Source of the DNA: the human T2T-CHM13v2.0 reference genome, Homo sapiens | Assembly: GCF_009914755.1 (NCBI RefSeq) | Contig: NC_060933.1 | Direction: 5' to 3' (one strand) | Length of the DNA stretch: 64,000 bases | Shown here: one piece after another, positions 1 to 18,229 of the stretch | How the letters are laid out: every line of letters begins with the position of its first letter | How positions within the stretch are numbered: the first letter of the stretch is position 1 | The notes under the pieces: generated by a model | Databases searched by the model: none | What the model saw: the letters and a program-made list of their open reading frames with translations, nothing else | What the model was told of the DNA's origin: nothing | Made by a program: the position numbers and the translations under genes

Positions 1-477
1 AAATAAATGAATGAATAAATGAATAATACCCAAACTAGGTAGTCATTAACAGGAATAAAAAGCATTCCTCTTCCTACATGTTATGTATGTCAAACTCTCA
101 ACTGAAAAAATATGTATTTGTCATAGGGAGGCACAGAATCCACAGCATTGGCTCCTATAACCTGGGGTCTCTCCAGAAAAAGATTCCTAGCATGTGTCCC
201 AAGAGGAAGGAGCCACAGAAGGATCCCAGAACTTTCATTTTTCCAACTTCTTACTAACGCAGTATTTCCATAAATCTGGAAAGTCTTTAGGAGACCCACA
301 GCTGCTCTGATTTCAAATAAAGCTGAGGAATAGTAGCCCACCTCTATGCAATCGTAGCTTTCAAAAAATTCTCAAAACTTGAAACTTTGAAATTTGGTGT
401 TTCAGAGTTTAGTGGCCCCAGAGCAATGCAGATCATTCCCTAAAATCTCACGACCCACGAGGGGTCTGCAGGCTCAA

Positions 478-680
478 CAATAATGATAATGAAATAGCTA
501 TTGTGATGAATATTAAGCATTTTCTAACACATGCTAAGTGCTTTACATATATTATTAGCTTGCTTTATCTCGCAAGAACACCATACATTCTGATAATCCT
601 TTTTTCTCATTGTTATTATTAGTTTACCAAAAAAGAAAGTGAGACTTTGGGAGAAGTTGAGGCTTTTTAGAGAAATTGAA
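478..680 (-). mobile_element. MIR SINE, degenerate
   Basis: aataatgataatgaaatagcta...atgctaagtgctttacatatatt resembles the reverse complement of the MIR 3' half. Confidence 0.6.
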
Positions 681-846
681 TCAATATTACAATATTACAG
701 TGACCATACATAATCCTTTACTTAAATTTAACAATTTTTTTCATATTTTTTCACATGTGATTTACTGTCTTCCTCTCCCTCTCCCTATCTTTATAGGAGT
801 CTGCTCTGTGTTTGAGTAGAAAAGGGTAGAGAAGCGGGAGCAAGGG

Positions 847-937
847 ACACACACACACATACATACTACACAACACACACATACACACACACTCCATGCA
901 TACCACACAACACACACACACACCACACACACACACA
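847..937. repeat. Degenerate (CA)n microsatellite
   Basis: Interrupted CA run, seen directly. Confidence 0.95.
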
Positions 938-1130
938 ATTTTACTGACCCATTTGAAGGCAATTTGCAGACTTCATACCATGTCACCCGTAACATTTCAA
1001 CACATATCTTTTTAAAATAAGGAAATTCTCCTACAAACCGTGATACCACTGTCATAACTAACAAAATTAACAAAACTTCCATAATATCATCAAATACACA
1101 GTTCATATACAAACTTCCATAATGTTTGTG
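938..1130 (-). mobile_element. L1MC-type 3' UTR fragment
   Basis: ccatttgaaggcaatttgcagac...taaggaaattctcctacaaaccgtgatacc resembles the antisense L1MC4/5 3' end. Confidence 0.6.
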
Positions 1131-1512
1131 GGGTGTTTTTAACAGCAGTTTAACAGATTTCACAGATAAATAGATATTTAAACAGAAGATTAGTAACTGT
1201 TTGGGTCAGTGAATAATTGTAACTAGAACTGAATGTGTTTACATATGTTCTGAGACAGAAAAAAAAATAGAATTCTTGAAGGAAACCATTCCACAGGATG
1301 TACCCACTCTGAACATCAGAATTTTCACTCCAATCCTTAAGCAGGGTCCGCCAGGGCCAGGTACTCATCTATAATAATTCCTGGGAAGTTATTCACCCCT
1401 AGAATTGTATGAAGCTAGCAGTGACAGAAAGGGTAAACAACGTGTGGCTCACTCTGTCTTCTGTGCTCCAAAATTTCAAGCATTTAGAGAGAACTTTAAA
1501 AAGGAGTTGACC

Positions 1513-1742
1513 AATGAGAATGGACACATGGTAGGGAACAACACACACTGGGGGCTGTCACAGTGGGTGGGGTGGGCCCACAGGGAGGAAGAGCATCAGG
1601 AAGAATAGCTAATGAATGCTGGGCTTAATACCCAAGTGATGGATTGATAGGTGCAGCAAACCACCATGGCACACATTTACCTATGTAACAAACCTGCACA
1701 TCCTGCACATGTACCCTGGAACTTAAAAGTTGAAGGAAAAAA
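1513..1742 (+). mobile_element. L1PA 3' end (older L1PA8-13-like), 5'-truncated
   Basis: gggaacaacacacactgggg...ggtgcagcaaaccaccatggcac...tgcacatgtaccctggaacttaaa followed by an A-rich tail. Confidence 0.9.
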
Positions 1743-2231
1743 GAGGTTGGGGCATAAATTAAATATTTGGAAATAACAGGCAGAAGGTTGTGGGGCTTTC
1801 CCCATGCTGCCCCCACCCAATGCCAGAATGATGTTTCCCTGGATTTTAGACCAAAAGAATGAAGGGGATCTGCATGGAGCTAACCTCTAAAGTGGGAGCC
1901 AGAAGCAGCAGAGAGAACCATGAGGTGCCCAACATAGCAATTAAGCAGTAGTCTTCTGGATGGGGGAGGCTACTTGAATAGAAACAAGGGCTTTCAGCAC
2001 TGGCCTGGATGGTCCGAAGACCAAGGAACAGGTGGGCTTCTCACCAATACTCTAGCACAATGCAAGCCCTCTCAAACTGCAGCACAACCCCATGGAATTG
2101 AACAACTCAAAGAAACTAAAAATAAAATTTCCACCTGGCAGACATGACAGGTCTATACATAGACGTTTATTTAAGTAATGAAAAATAAAGTATTGCTCTT
2201 CTTCATTCCTTTTTCCCTTCCTTTCCAATAC

Positions 2232-2473
2232 CATAATCTCTGCCTGGATGGCCACATTGCTTCCTCCTCTTCTATGTCTCTCTCTAATCTTTTTTCCTCT
2301 CTTATCAGAACACTTGTGAAAGCACTTGGAACCCACCTGAATAACCCAGGATAATATATTCATCTGAAGATCCTTAGTCATATATGCAAAGACCCTTTTT
2401 CCTTATAAGGCAATGTTTACAGCTTCCAGACATTGAGATCTGACATTTTAGGGGCCATTATTCTGCCTATCAC
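2232..2473 (-). mobile_element. MLT1 (MaLR) LTR fragment
   Basis: Ends ggggccattattctgcctatcaca, the reverse complement of the MLT1C/D start TGTGGTAGGCAGAATAATGGCCCC. Confidence 0.8.
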
Positions 2474-2832
2474 ACCCACTAAAATATTTGGAAATTGTGT
2501 AGCATCAGGACAGCAAATTTCTCTTAAGTGTTGCAGATTTTAAAAGATATTTGTTCTACATGTCCAAGTTTTTATAACTTTGTGTCCAAATAAATAAGGA
2601 TATTTTGAATAGTTCAGTTGTAGTCTGAGACTATTTACTATATATAGTCTACTTGTACCTAGTTATATATACAAACTATAAAGTAGTTTGGGTTATTGGC
2701 TCAAGAACACATAGCTGCTTTCAACCTGGGGATATTGCTGTTCACTTGCTATCTTGGAAGGCAAGATTTTTCTACTGGTTCTGTCCCACAATTTGAAGGT
2801 ATGTCCCCCACCTCCCCAATCTCTTCCATCTC

Positions 2833-3120
2833 TTTTTAAAATTGGCTTTACTGAGGTACAATTTACAATAAAATTCATATAGTTTAAATGTAAAGTTCAA
2901 TTAATTTTGACAAACGTATTCAACCATGTCATCACTAACCCAATCAAGATATAGAAAATTTCCATTACCCCAGAATGTTCCTGTGTGCTCCTTCCCAGCT
3001 TAATTTGGGAATATTACAAGTAAAACTGACACGAATATTTATGTTAAAGTTTTTTTGGACTATCTTTTTCTCTTGGATATATACCTAGACATGGAATTGC
3101 CAGTTCATAGAGTACATGTA
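2833..3120 (-). mobile_element. L1M (L1MB/ME) 3' end fragment
   Basis: ctttactgaggtacaatttaca...caatcaagatatagaaaatttccattaccccagaa is a typical antisense L1M 3' terminus. Confidence 0.75.
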
Positions 3121-4347
3121 TTTTTAATCCATCCTCTCTTTGGCTCCTTGCTCTAATCCATTATTCTAGGACATAGTGATTTCACTTTCTACATTTTACT
3201 CGGTAATAAATTGATAATAATCTTTAACCAGTTTGACTATCTCTTCCTTTCTTCCTTGGTATGGCAAGAAACAGTTAATCTTTTTAACCAGTTTGACTAA
3301 CGGTTCCCATCTTCCTTTCTATGTCCCACTCTAGACTTTGTTCCATTTGTTCTATGCTAGGATATTTACTTCTCACTTCATGGAACATACTGCTAATTCT
3401 TAGCAGTTATTTCTGCAATTATTTGACGTTAATCGAAGACTTTGCTTCCCTTCAAAATTCACTATGCAATGCAGGAGAGGGGTGTGTGATACTGCAGCTC
3501 CCAGTGTCTCCATCCTAAACTGACTGTCAATAGCCTTTTTTCATAGGCAACTCTGTTCTTTCTAACCCAATGATCCTTTGTGGCAATTGAAAAAATGAAT
3601 CAAGATGCTACTTTGGATTCCTCATTATGTGCCTCCAAGATAGCAGGATACTTCTTCTGTAACCCTATTCTCGATTTACTGGAAGTATGCTACTGATATT
3701 GCCATTTTATTGCTTCCTATCTAGTTCTATGCAGGGTGCAATTAACTATATCAATTTGAGCTGTTTCGGTTTAATTCCATCGATAATGATCTGATGATAT
3801 TCACATATTATGAAGGATTACTTGCCAAAAGAAAATACATGTGAAAAAAAACCTAAACGTGTTTGAACCAAGCCTGACTCATGTTCCAAATTTGTATGTT
3901 AAGCATGAACCTTCTCCATACACCACTGAGATTGTCAACATTATCAGAACATCCTAGGATTAAGATATACAGCAATGGCCTAATTAAAAGGCAATCAGCA
4001 TAAGACGGCTCTATGATAGAGGTAAGTCTGCCAGGCTTTTCATAAACAGACCTAATTGCTTTACCTGATTATATTTCCTTCTTCAGAATTAAATTTTTAA
4101 GAAAAAATATGAAAATCTTTAATAATACCCTGAAGATTTAATTCTCCAGCAGCCTTTATATTTAAGGAATAACAATTTTATATTTATAATATATTGTTTC
4201 ACAAAGTGGTTTGCAATGATGCCTAAACTGTTTAGATTGCTTTGGGCACATTAAGTTGTCATTAAAAAAAAAAAAGATTAGCTGAACATTCTCACAGTAA
4301 CTCAGTGACTCCCTGATTCTGTGTGTTGTGGGCTTACAATAGTTTCT

Positions 4348-8096
<3,749 letters not shown>

Positions 8097-9089
8097 TTAC
8101 AATGGCTTCTTTTGCACTGCCACTGTTAATTTGCTTCCAATGAACTCTGCACAACGTGATGAATATTCACATATAGGATGCAGAAGGCCATCTTGCCCTC
8201 TAAACCCCATTATGTGAACACCTACTATTACTTAAATATTTGTTTAACATCACAATGAAAGCACGGACAACAAAAATGTGGCATAACAGACCACCAGCCT
8301 AAGATAGGACCATACACTGGATCTGGATAAATAAGCACAACCAAAACATGTCTGTGACCTTACAAGATAAACTGCTGGAGCCTCAATTCTGCGTCTTCCC
8401 ATCTCCTCTTCCCCAGCTATTTTGACTTCCAGCAAAATTCCTGGATGACTCCAGAAGTCTCTCTGCTGTGACCAAAGACCATCTTATAGGCCATCTCATC
8501 CATCGCTGCTGTTTCTCCTTGCCCCTGTTAGTTACCCCCTCTGCTCTGCAGTCCTGGTGTCAATAGAAGCAGAAAGCAGTGAAGCATTTCCAACCATCCC
8601 AGAAATGAGGTGCATTATTCTTTCTCAGAAATTCAGAGATCTCAGAAGCATCCACATGTAACTGCTCATTAACAGCTTTTTCTTATTTCTATTTCCTATA
8701 ACACAGCAAATCAGAAACGTCTAAAGAAAAGGGTAAATTTTATGTACTATTTCAAAACTAAAAAATAACCAATTATGTAATAAGTGAAAAAAAAAATTGA
8801 AGCAGAAATGGAAAAATGATTTGAGCTCACAGGATAAATCTTGATATATGTTGCAGTGGTTGACTTGCTAATTCTTCTTCTTGCTCAATGTCACTGGATG
8901 AAGAATTGTAACACGGCAAACTTTCAAAGATGAAATTCAAATACCTGGTAATTTGAGGTTTCGTTGGGGTTTTTTACTGTAATTAATTTTAGGAAAAATT
9001 CATCTTTGGCATGCAATGATCTGGGAATAATTTCAGTGAAAAGTAAGGATGCCTTTTATGGGTATTGGGTTTTAAAGATTACAACAAGC

Positions 9090-9580
9090 TATAATTTACA
9101 TTATCTTATTTGATTCTCAAAATGACTGAAGTGGAAAGGAAAGTTATACTATGTTCTCCATTTTACAGGTGAGGAAACTGAGGCTCAAAAATCTGACCAG
9201 GTGTGGTGGCACTCACCTATAATACCAGCACTTTGGGAGGCCGAGGCATGAAGATTGCTTGAGCCTTGGAGTTCAAGACCAGCCTGGGCAATACAGCAAG
9301 ACCCCATGACTACAATTTTTTTTTAATTAGCTAGGTATAGTGGCACCTTCCTGTGGTCCCAGCTACTCACAAGGCTGAGGTGGGAAGATTGCTTGAGACC
9401 AGGAGGTCGAAGCCACTGTGAGCCATGAACACACCATTGCACTCCAGGCTGGGCGACAGACTGAGAACTTGTCCAAAAATAAAAATTAAAAAAATCATAA
9501 GGCTCCTAACCAAGATCTTACAAAAAGTAAGTAATGATATTTGGTCTTGATCTCAGTGCAGCGTATTTTCCATTATACCC
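9090..9580 (-). mobile_element. MIR split by an AluJ
   Basis: MIR core ccattttacaggtgaggaaactgaggctca at 9158-9187; degenerate continuation after 9500. Confidence 0.7.
9195..9493 (+). mobile_element. AluJ
   Basis: Full dimer with J diagnostics (gattgcttgagcc, gagccatgaacacacc); short aaaaatc TSD. Confidence 0.93.
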
Positions 9581-10065
9581 TAATGACTTTTTATACCCCC
9601 AGCTTTCTGGAAAAGTTAAGGAGCTCCTATTTTAAACATTGAAAATGAAACTGGCTTTTCCAGATACCTAAAGGTTATTTGTGTGGCAGTTAGGTTTTTT
9701 GCTATTCACATACCAATATCTGGCTACACAACTGCAGTATCGTTGGTGTGGCTTCACTGGCATGCTCACAGAATAGTCCTGCCCTCTTGCACTGTGGACA
9801 CATCTTCCCTATCTTACCACCTCATTGATAATGCCCAACCTTATAAACATAAGCAGGAAACATTCCCTTCTTGTTTGAGTTGATCATTAGGCAAAGGGCC
9901 AACTTGAAGAGGCCATTGCAGTTGTGAGTTGTTTAAATATTCAGGGGGAAAATGGTCAGGGGTGGAAACTGGTCAAGGAAGAGAAAGACACACAACTGTG
10001 AATAACTGAACAGATCTGCATTCATAAATCCAAATTTGTCAATGGTAAATTATCGAAATGGTCTT

Positions 10066-10372
<307 letters not shown>

Positions 10373-10595
10373 TGAAATGGTCTTAAGATGTTTGGTCAGG
10401 TTAGTGTGTTCACAAACTTTATTCCATCTCATTAAAATGACATACTTGTGAAAATTTTGGAAAATATAGAAAAATAGCAATCACATGCACAAATAACCAG
10501 TTTCACGGTAACTACTTAAGAGTTTGTTGTGTTCCCTTCAGTATTTTTCTTATGCAACATACTTCTTTTATGTAGTTGACAGTTCTGCAGTGCTT

Positions 10596-10960
10596 CTTAT
10601 TGACTGATCCTGGGAAAGTTACTTAACTTCTGAGAACCCAAGAGCATCTGCTTATACTTCTAGTGTCAATACACATTCATTGGCAGCTTTTTATTATTTC
10701 TATTTCCTAGGATATGGCAAATCAGAAATTTCAACAGCCTAAAGGAAAAATTTTCACACTCTTTCAAAATTAAATAATTCACAAATAAAGAAAAAAAGAT
10801 ACAGAAATAAAAAACAAAGCATCACTTTCCTTATCTAAAAACTACGGGAAATAATAGGACCAACCATATGGGATGGTTGTAAGGATTCATGAGAAAATGC
10901 CTATCAATTGCTTAACCCAGGGTCTGTCAGAGAATAAGCACTCAAATAGCTATTATGTTA
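10596..10960 (+). mobile_element. MIR interrupted by a ~190-bp non-MIR insert
   Basis: gatcctgggaaagttacttaacttc before 10630 resumes as tttccttatctaaaaa...ggttgtaaggatt...taagcactcaaatagctatt after 10820. Confidence 0.75.
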
Positions 10961-11499
10961 TTTTATATATATATATATTATTTTATACTAATTGGTCAGT
11001 TAACAAGTTATTCATTTTATTTTGTATCACACTTTATTCAAAAGAGGATTTCAAAGTGAAATGAATGTAGAGAGTAAAGAGGATTTTTTTAATCAGTAAG
11101 AAAATGAAGGTGTAGTATGAGAAAACTAGGGTGGGTGGGAAAAGAAGATAAACCAAAGTATGAAAAAAATAAGATGACATTAAGAAAAGTTAACTAAACA
11201 AAATGTAAGCCATAAAGTGCAATTCACATTGATAAGAATGGGCCACAGTTTTGGCTCTAATATGCTTTTCAGCTAATGCAAAGACAATGATATAACTCTA
11301 AATGCCTATGAAATGAAAATAAAGCAGTTGCTCAATAAATCACTCATCCATTCCTGGCAATGGAACCTAAGAGATGTGTTTATTTTTGTTAAGACTATGC
11401 TGAGATACAATGGCAGTGTATACAACAACTTCACTATAATTAACAATGGGGTTATAAGAAAGAATTTTCTCCTATTTAAAACTTCATAATCTTTATTAT

Positions 11500-11910
11500 A
11501 GAAAAAGAGGAAATAGAATTTAAAAAGAAAAATGGGAGGAAAAATCTCTAGGTTATCAGTTAGATAGCAATGATATACAGAAATAACCACTGTTAATAAC
11601 ATGGTATATTTCCTTCCAAACTATTTTCTATGTATATTTGCACATGTAAATAATTATGTTTACTTACAAATATTGGATCATTTATACAGACAGCTTTGTA
11701 CATTGCCTTTTGCTCTTAATGTATTCAGAACTCTTTATGTTAATATTTAAATATCTATACCATGATTTTGATGGCTACATAATATCTCATAATATAGGTA
11801 TGTCTTAATGTATTCAACCAAACTTTTTAAATGTCAGATTTAGATTGTTTCCAAATTTCTTCTATTCCAAATTTCTTCTATTACAAATAAATATTGTGAA
11901 TATTTCCTTA
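11500..11910 (-). mobile_element. L1ME fragment
   Basis: Degenerate antisense L1ME 3' region (ggctacataatat...tttagattgtttccaaattt). Confidence 0.55.
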
Positions 11911-11914
11911 AGAA

Positions 11915-12069
11915 AGCCAGGCACGGTGGCATGCACCTGTAGTCCCAGCTACTGGGCATCCTGAGACAAGAGAATAATTTGACTCCAGGGGTTCAAGGCT
12001 AGCCTGGGCAACAGGCCAACATAGTGAGAGGAAGGAAGGGAGGAAGAGAGGAAGGAAAGAAGGGAGGGA

Positions 12070-12070
<1 letters not shown>
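11915..12070 (+). mobile_element. FLAM (Alu monomer) with a (GGAA/GGGA)n tail
   Basis: Single Alu arm at 11915-12029 followed by a purine repeat. Confidence 0.85.
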
Positions 12071-12905
<835 letters not shown>

Positions 12906-12919
12906 AATTACTCCCAAGC

Positions 12920-13315
12920 AACCACTAAGAAAGCTATGCAAAGTGGTATAGACAAACAAATCTACTATAAATAAATTAAGATGACATTCCAAATAATCTT
13001 CAAGTAACCCACAGGAAGACATAAAAAGAAAGAGAGGGTGGAGAGAGAAAGAGAGGGAAACAGAGGAATGAGAAGTAGAGGAAGCAAACCAACAAAAAAA
13101 TAAATAAAAATATAGACTTAAGCCCTATCAATAATTACCTTAAATGTAAATAATCTAAATATACCAATTAAAAGACCATGATTGGCACATTGGATTAAAA
13201 AACATGAACCATTAATATGCTGCCTATAAGAAACTCACTTCAAATATATCACCATAGGTAAGTTGAAAGTAAAAGAATGGTAAAAGTTACATCATGCAAA
13301 CATTAATCCAAAAGA
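12920..13315 (+). mobile_element. Old L1M fragment spanning the start of ORF2 (endonuclease N-terminus)
   Basis: ataattaccttaaatgtaaat...tggattaaaaaacatg...tgctgcctataagaaactcacttc encodes degenerate IITLNVN..WIKK..CCL.ETHF. Confidence 0.8.
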
Positions 13316-13439
13316 TACCCCTCCAAAAAAGTCGATTGGTGTTTACAGCAAAAACAACAAAGTACTTTTACAACATTTGCAGAGGTAAAACATATGACAG
13401 CAACACCACAAAGGAAGAGAAAAAGTCACTTGTGTGCCA

Positions 13440-13950
13440 AAGAGCCTCCAGCGGATAAAAGTCAGTCCTTAGAAACTCCTTCAAATCCCCGTGCAATCTG
13501 TCCTTGTTACCACTCTCACTTCCTTCCCAACTATTCTCCCTTTTGTTGACTGTGTGCTAATCACGTTAACCTATAGGCTGTTCCTAGAACATCCTGGAAA
13601 AGCTCCCACTAAAGCACCTGAACACAGCTGGCTCCCTCTGCTCAGAAGGCTCTTACACCCAGAGGACCAAAAGCTAACTCACTCTTTAATGAGCATCATC
13701 CCAACAAATCTCTCTACACACACTCTCATCCTGCCCCCCCTCTCATTGCCTTACTCGATTTTTTGTAGCACCTATCATCTTTTAATATTCTATAAGTTCC
13801 TTCCTTATTGAGTTTATTACTTATAGCTGGACTATAAATTCCAAGAGAGCATGACTTTTGTTTCTTTTCTTCATAAATGTATCCCAAGTCCATAGAATAG
13901 TGGCTGGTATATAACAGTTATTTAAATGTTAATTTGTCAAAGGAATGGAA
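13440..13950 (+). mobile_element. L2 3' region
   Basis: gactataaattccaagagagcatgac...tgtatcccaagtccatagaatagtggctgg matches the L2a 3' end. Confidence 0.75.
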
Positions 13951-14699
13951 GAATATTTGTTAGAAGGAGGAGAAAGAGAAAGATGTTCATGATACAGTAG
14001 AAATATTATTCTGAGAACCCAGAGCACCAAAAGAGAAGGCCTGACTGCGGTCAGCTGTTCAGATTCATTTTAGCCTTTTCTATAGAGGAATATATGGATG
14101 AAAAGCATACCTTAAGAATCTCAATATAACAGACATTAAGACATTGAAAGGTGAGAAATCTCAAGTGTTTCTCCACCCCAAAGATAAGTCCATTTTTCAA
14201 AAAGGAAACTGAGTAAGGGAAATGGCACAAACAATTCTGTATCAATCACATTCCAACTGTATATCATATGTTTAGAGTCACCTTGACAGAAGAATATCAT
14301 GTTTGCACAAAGCACTTAGACGTGTGTTTGTCATTTTTATTCCTTTTTTAAAAAACTCATTGCACACAAAATTCTAAAGCAAAGGGATTTGCAGATCATC
14401 CATTAGAGATAAGAAATACCCAGCTGTTGTTTGTTCATTTTCAACTAGTGGACATCTCTAGGCATAGATGTCACCCAGACTAGTAATGTAAATAGGTCAT
14501 TTAAACAAGGAATTCAAGTAGAAAATTGAAATCATTGAACTACCATTAATGCACACATGAGCCTCAATCAGAAACAAAGAGGAAATAGGCACCTACCATC
14601 AAAGCTGACAGTACAGAACACATTAAGCTAGCATGTCCTTCAAGCCTGCTGGCATCCTCCCAAATGAAAATGTGGGCAACCTTTAAGAACTAGCTCACA

Positions 14700-16045
<1,346 letters not shown>

Positions 16046-16709
16046 AAGAACTAGCTCACAATGCTACCTACTTCATGAAGACACAATTCCCACAAATGAA
16101 TGAAATATTAGCCTCTATAATGCCCCTAGCACTAATATCAAGTTATGGCACTTTTACTTCCCTGGTATCATAGCTATGAGTACTCACCATTGTTGACATC
16201 ATGAGGCCAGGAATCCTGTGCTTTTAATCTTTTTATCTCCTTTGCAACTCACAAATATGTCTAACAAATCCTAATTGAATCAAATCAAATGTTTCCAAAA
16301 TAATTTCTCACTCCAGTAGACTAGGGAAGGTCTTTTTATATAGTAAGTATTTGCTGAATTGGTTTGAATGGAATCTCAAGCAGATTCATATTTCTGGAAA
16401 CTTTTGTTCTATTAGTTCTGAGTTCAGGTGAGCCACTGAGTACGGTCCGTAACTATTGCTTGCCATTCTTTTATTTAAACTAACCAAACATTCACTCTTT
16501 TGCCATATTGACTTCTGGTATAAAATTGCATATGACCTGAATGATTGCCTGAATCACTAAAACGTTTGGTTCATTGCTTTGACCATGGCTAAAACAGTCC
16601 CTGGCACCTAGTAGGTATTTAGTAATAATTGTTCAATGAAATTGTTCAAACAACCAGGCAAAAACAGCTTTCTGACAATAGACTATGGAAGCTGCATACT
16701 TACGATTCC

Positions 16710-17224
16710 AGGGGTAGATCATTTCCAAAGATGACCTCAAACAATTCCTACAATCCCTGTAGGCACATGTCTCTGCACATCAAAAGACAGAGTCTGTTTC
16801 CTTTTGCCTTGCATCTGAGCTGGTCTTGTAACTTGCTTTGACCAATGGAATGCATGGAAGTGATATTCTGGGACTTTTGCACCCAGATCTTAAAAGACTT
16901 GTAGCTTCTGCTTCCCCATTTTTGAGATTCATTGAATGATAAGAAACTATGGGAAAGGAGAAGCCCAGCCGATAGGCCCAAAGCCATCCCAGCCATTCCA
17001 GCAAAGATTGCCAACGGACAAGCAAAACAATCTGAGATGTTCCAACCCCAGATGAGTTCTTAGCTAAATACAACTATGTAACTGCAGCCAACACATAGAA
17101 TAAAGTTAGCCATCCCATCAATTTCTCTCTGCTCAGTTGCAGGATCATGAGTAAATAACTGGTTTTGTTGTTATAAACCACTAAATTTTGGGGTGGTTTG
17201 TTATGCATGATAGATAACTGAAAC
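16710..17224 (+). mobile_element. MLT1 (G/H-like) solo LTR
   Basis: acttgctttgaccaatggaatg and terminal ccactaaattttggggtggtttgttatgca...gataactgaaaca. Confidence 0.8.
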
Positions 17225-17281
17225 AGTCCTTATAGTTTCTATTCTATCCTTCCTGTATATATGTATTAAGAACATTGTGAA

Positions 17282-17787
17282 ATATACCCAAAGGATTATA
17301 AGTCACACTGCTATAAAGACACATGCACACGTATGTTTATTGAGGCACTGTTCACAATAGCAAAGACTTGGAACCAACCCAAATGTCCAACAATGATAGA
17401 CTGGATTAAGAAAATGTGGCACATATACACCATGGAATACTATGCAGCCATAAAAAAGGATGAGTTCATGTCCTTTGTAGGGACATGGATGAAGCTGGAA
17501 ACCATCATTCTCAGCAAACTACCGCAAGGACAAAAAACCAAACACCGCATGTTCTCACTCATAGGTGGGAATTGAACAATGAGAACACTTGGACACAGGA
17601 AGGAGAACATCACACACCGGGGCCTGTTGTGGGGTGGGGGCAGGGGGGAGGGATAGCATTAGGAGATATACCTAATGTAAATGACGAGTTAATGGGTGCA
17701 GCACACCAACATGGCACATGTATGCATATGTAACAAACCTACACGTTGTGCACATGTACCCTAGAACTTAAAGTATAATAAAAAAAA
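17282..17787 (+). mobile_element. L1PA5-like 3' end, 5'-truncated
   Basis: ORF2p C-terminus (…[11 protein letters not shown]…SLIGGN*), 3' UTR ending cctagaacttaaagtataataaa; attgtgaa TSD core on both sides. Confidence 0.95.
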
Positions 17788-17903
17788 ATTGTGAAGTGAT
17801 TATTACTTAATGTGTGTTTCTGGGTGCTGATATTTTTGATACGCTTTTTTGGGTTTTGTTTTTAGCTTTTTTATTTAGCTGTTTGCTTAAAAAGTACTTT
17901 ATG

Positions 17904-18198
17904 GGCCGGGAGCGGTGGCTCACGCCTGTAATCCCAGCACTTTGGGAGGCCGAGGCGGGCAGATCACGAGGTCAGGAGATCGAGACCATCCTACCTAACA
18001 TGGTGAAACCCCATCTCTACTAAAAATACAAAGAATTAGCCAGTCGCGGTGGTGGGCGCCTGTAGTCCCAGCTACTCAGGAGGCTGAGTCAAGAGAATGG
18101 CCTGAACCCGGGAGGCAGAGTTTGCAGTGAGCCGAGATGGCACCACTGCACTCCAGCCTGGGCGATAGAGCGAGACTCTGTCTCAAAAAAAAAAAAAA
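17904..18198 (+). mobile_element. AluY
   Basis: gagatcgagaccatcc diagnostic; TSD aaaaagtactttatg at 17889-17903 and 18199-18213. Confidence 0.95.
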
Positions 18199-18229
18199 AA
18201 AAAGTACTTTATGGTGCTTCTTTTCTATA

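Noticed and set aside
3790-3880. C/D-box snoRNA (tgatga ... ctga)
   Set aside because: No terminal stem, no recognisable rRNA guide sequence and no host intron.
14086-14150. Coding exon (ttttctatag acceptor, AAG/gtgaga donor)
   Set aside because: Stops in all three frames. It could only be a non-coding exon, and I see no partner exons to support that.
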